A stretch of DNA of 64,000 nucleotides from Mobula hypostoma (lineage: Eukaryota). Positions 63,146 to 64,000 of this stretch are shown here, piece after piece; the stretch's first letter is position 1, and each line of letters starts with the position of its first letter. The stretch lies in NCBI RefSeq assembly GCF_963921235.1, contig NC_086105.1:27590001-27654000 (forward strand), given 5' to 3'. Position numbers and translations under genes: made by a program. The notes under the pieces were generated by a model, which was not told the origin of the DNA, made no database searches, and saw nothing but the letters and a program-made list of their open reading frames with translations.

Positions 63146-64000
63146 TGCTGAGAAGTGGAGATTAAAAGTAACACACTGTTGTAAAATGCAGAATTCAAAT
63201 ATGGTACTTACAAATTATTGAATAATAAAATTTTGTTTTCACTTAATGACAAGCTTGAGCTTGCTGCACTTTGATGAATGTATCAGAGTTTAGTGTATTT
63301 AGTGCAATTTGAAGGTAATGTTCCACGTGCTATCTACTTTTAAACAGGTATGTTGTACTGAAATGACAATATGAATTTATCAGCTCAATAAGCAAAAGCA
63401 GGATATTCTCAAGCACCAAAACCAACATAGGCTCATTTAACGATTTTTTTTCTGTAGACTGTGATTGCAAGATAATCCAAGCAGCTGAGAGTCTTGTAGC
63501 CTTGGTAGAAACATGTTTTCCAGTAAACTCCAAAATAAATTATATTTTTTCCCATAACTTGCTTATCTGGAAAGTCATTGCCAAATCTTTTGTGCAACTT
63601 ACTAATTAGCCCTTCAGTGCTTCTGGGCTACCATACCATTACCAGTATATATATTTCTAAAGACATGTTATGAAACATGTCTGCTCTATTATTTGAAAAA
63701 AACATATGGAGCATAACAGAAACACATCTTTTAATACAATAAACTTGTTCATTTGGTCAAAGCAATTGTGCCTTCTGTGCTTTAAGCATAGATTCAGATT
63801 TTCAGTGAAATAAACAATCCTAAGCAAGAATTTCAAGAACAGATGTCAATTCTCACTTAAATTCTTTAAGACAACAAGGCAATATTGAACATGATGTAGA
63901 GTTTAATGCTGAAAGAACTTAAGATGCTGGAAGAACTTGCGTTGGATATTCACTTCCTGGGACAGGAAGTTGTTGTTTTGCAAAGCTTGTTTTCTAAACA

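Noticed and set aside
1-64000. CRISPR array, prokaryotic operon or endogenous virus
   Set aside because: No repeat-spacer array, no gene-dense region and no gag/pol/env or viral ORFs; all RT motifs seen are non-LTR types.

Overview
Vertebrate nuclear DNA, most likely a cartilaginous fish (shark/ray-type CR1 LINEs, V-SINEs, Rex1/Babar and Penelope repeats). It is not prokaryotic: there are no operons or CRISPR arrays, and most ORF-track entries are repeat fragments or noise. Two host genes lie tail-to-tail, as on human 12p13. GPR19 (+) has a single coding exon at 28064-29296. CREBL2 (-) has coding exons at 42097-42111, 39738-39935 and 36396-36540, a probable terminal exon starting at 34782, and a CpG-island promoter at ~42100-42600. 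Roughly half the window is transposon-derived and often nested: CR1, Rex1/Babar and RTE LINE pieces, two complete-ended DD34E Tc1 elements, a Harbinger deletion derivative and a Tigger-like element. The most striking structure is a family of Penelope-like (PLE) insertions. Several are fold-back hairpins with a one-sided ~40-nt tail and 14-16-bp target-site duplications, including a ~416-bp-arm palindrome at 1211-2045. The family carries a minimal hammerhead ribozyme motif (CUGACGA...GAAACGUC). One intact ribozyme copy lies in the sense orientation of CREBL2 intron 2, ~174 nt before the exon 3 acceptor. Coordinates were read by eye; boundaries of degraded repeats are approximate.
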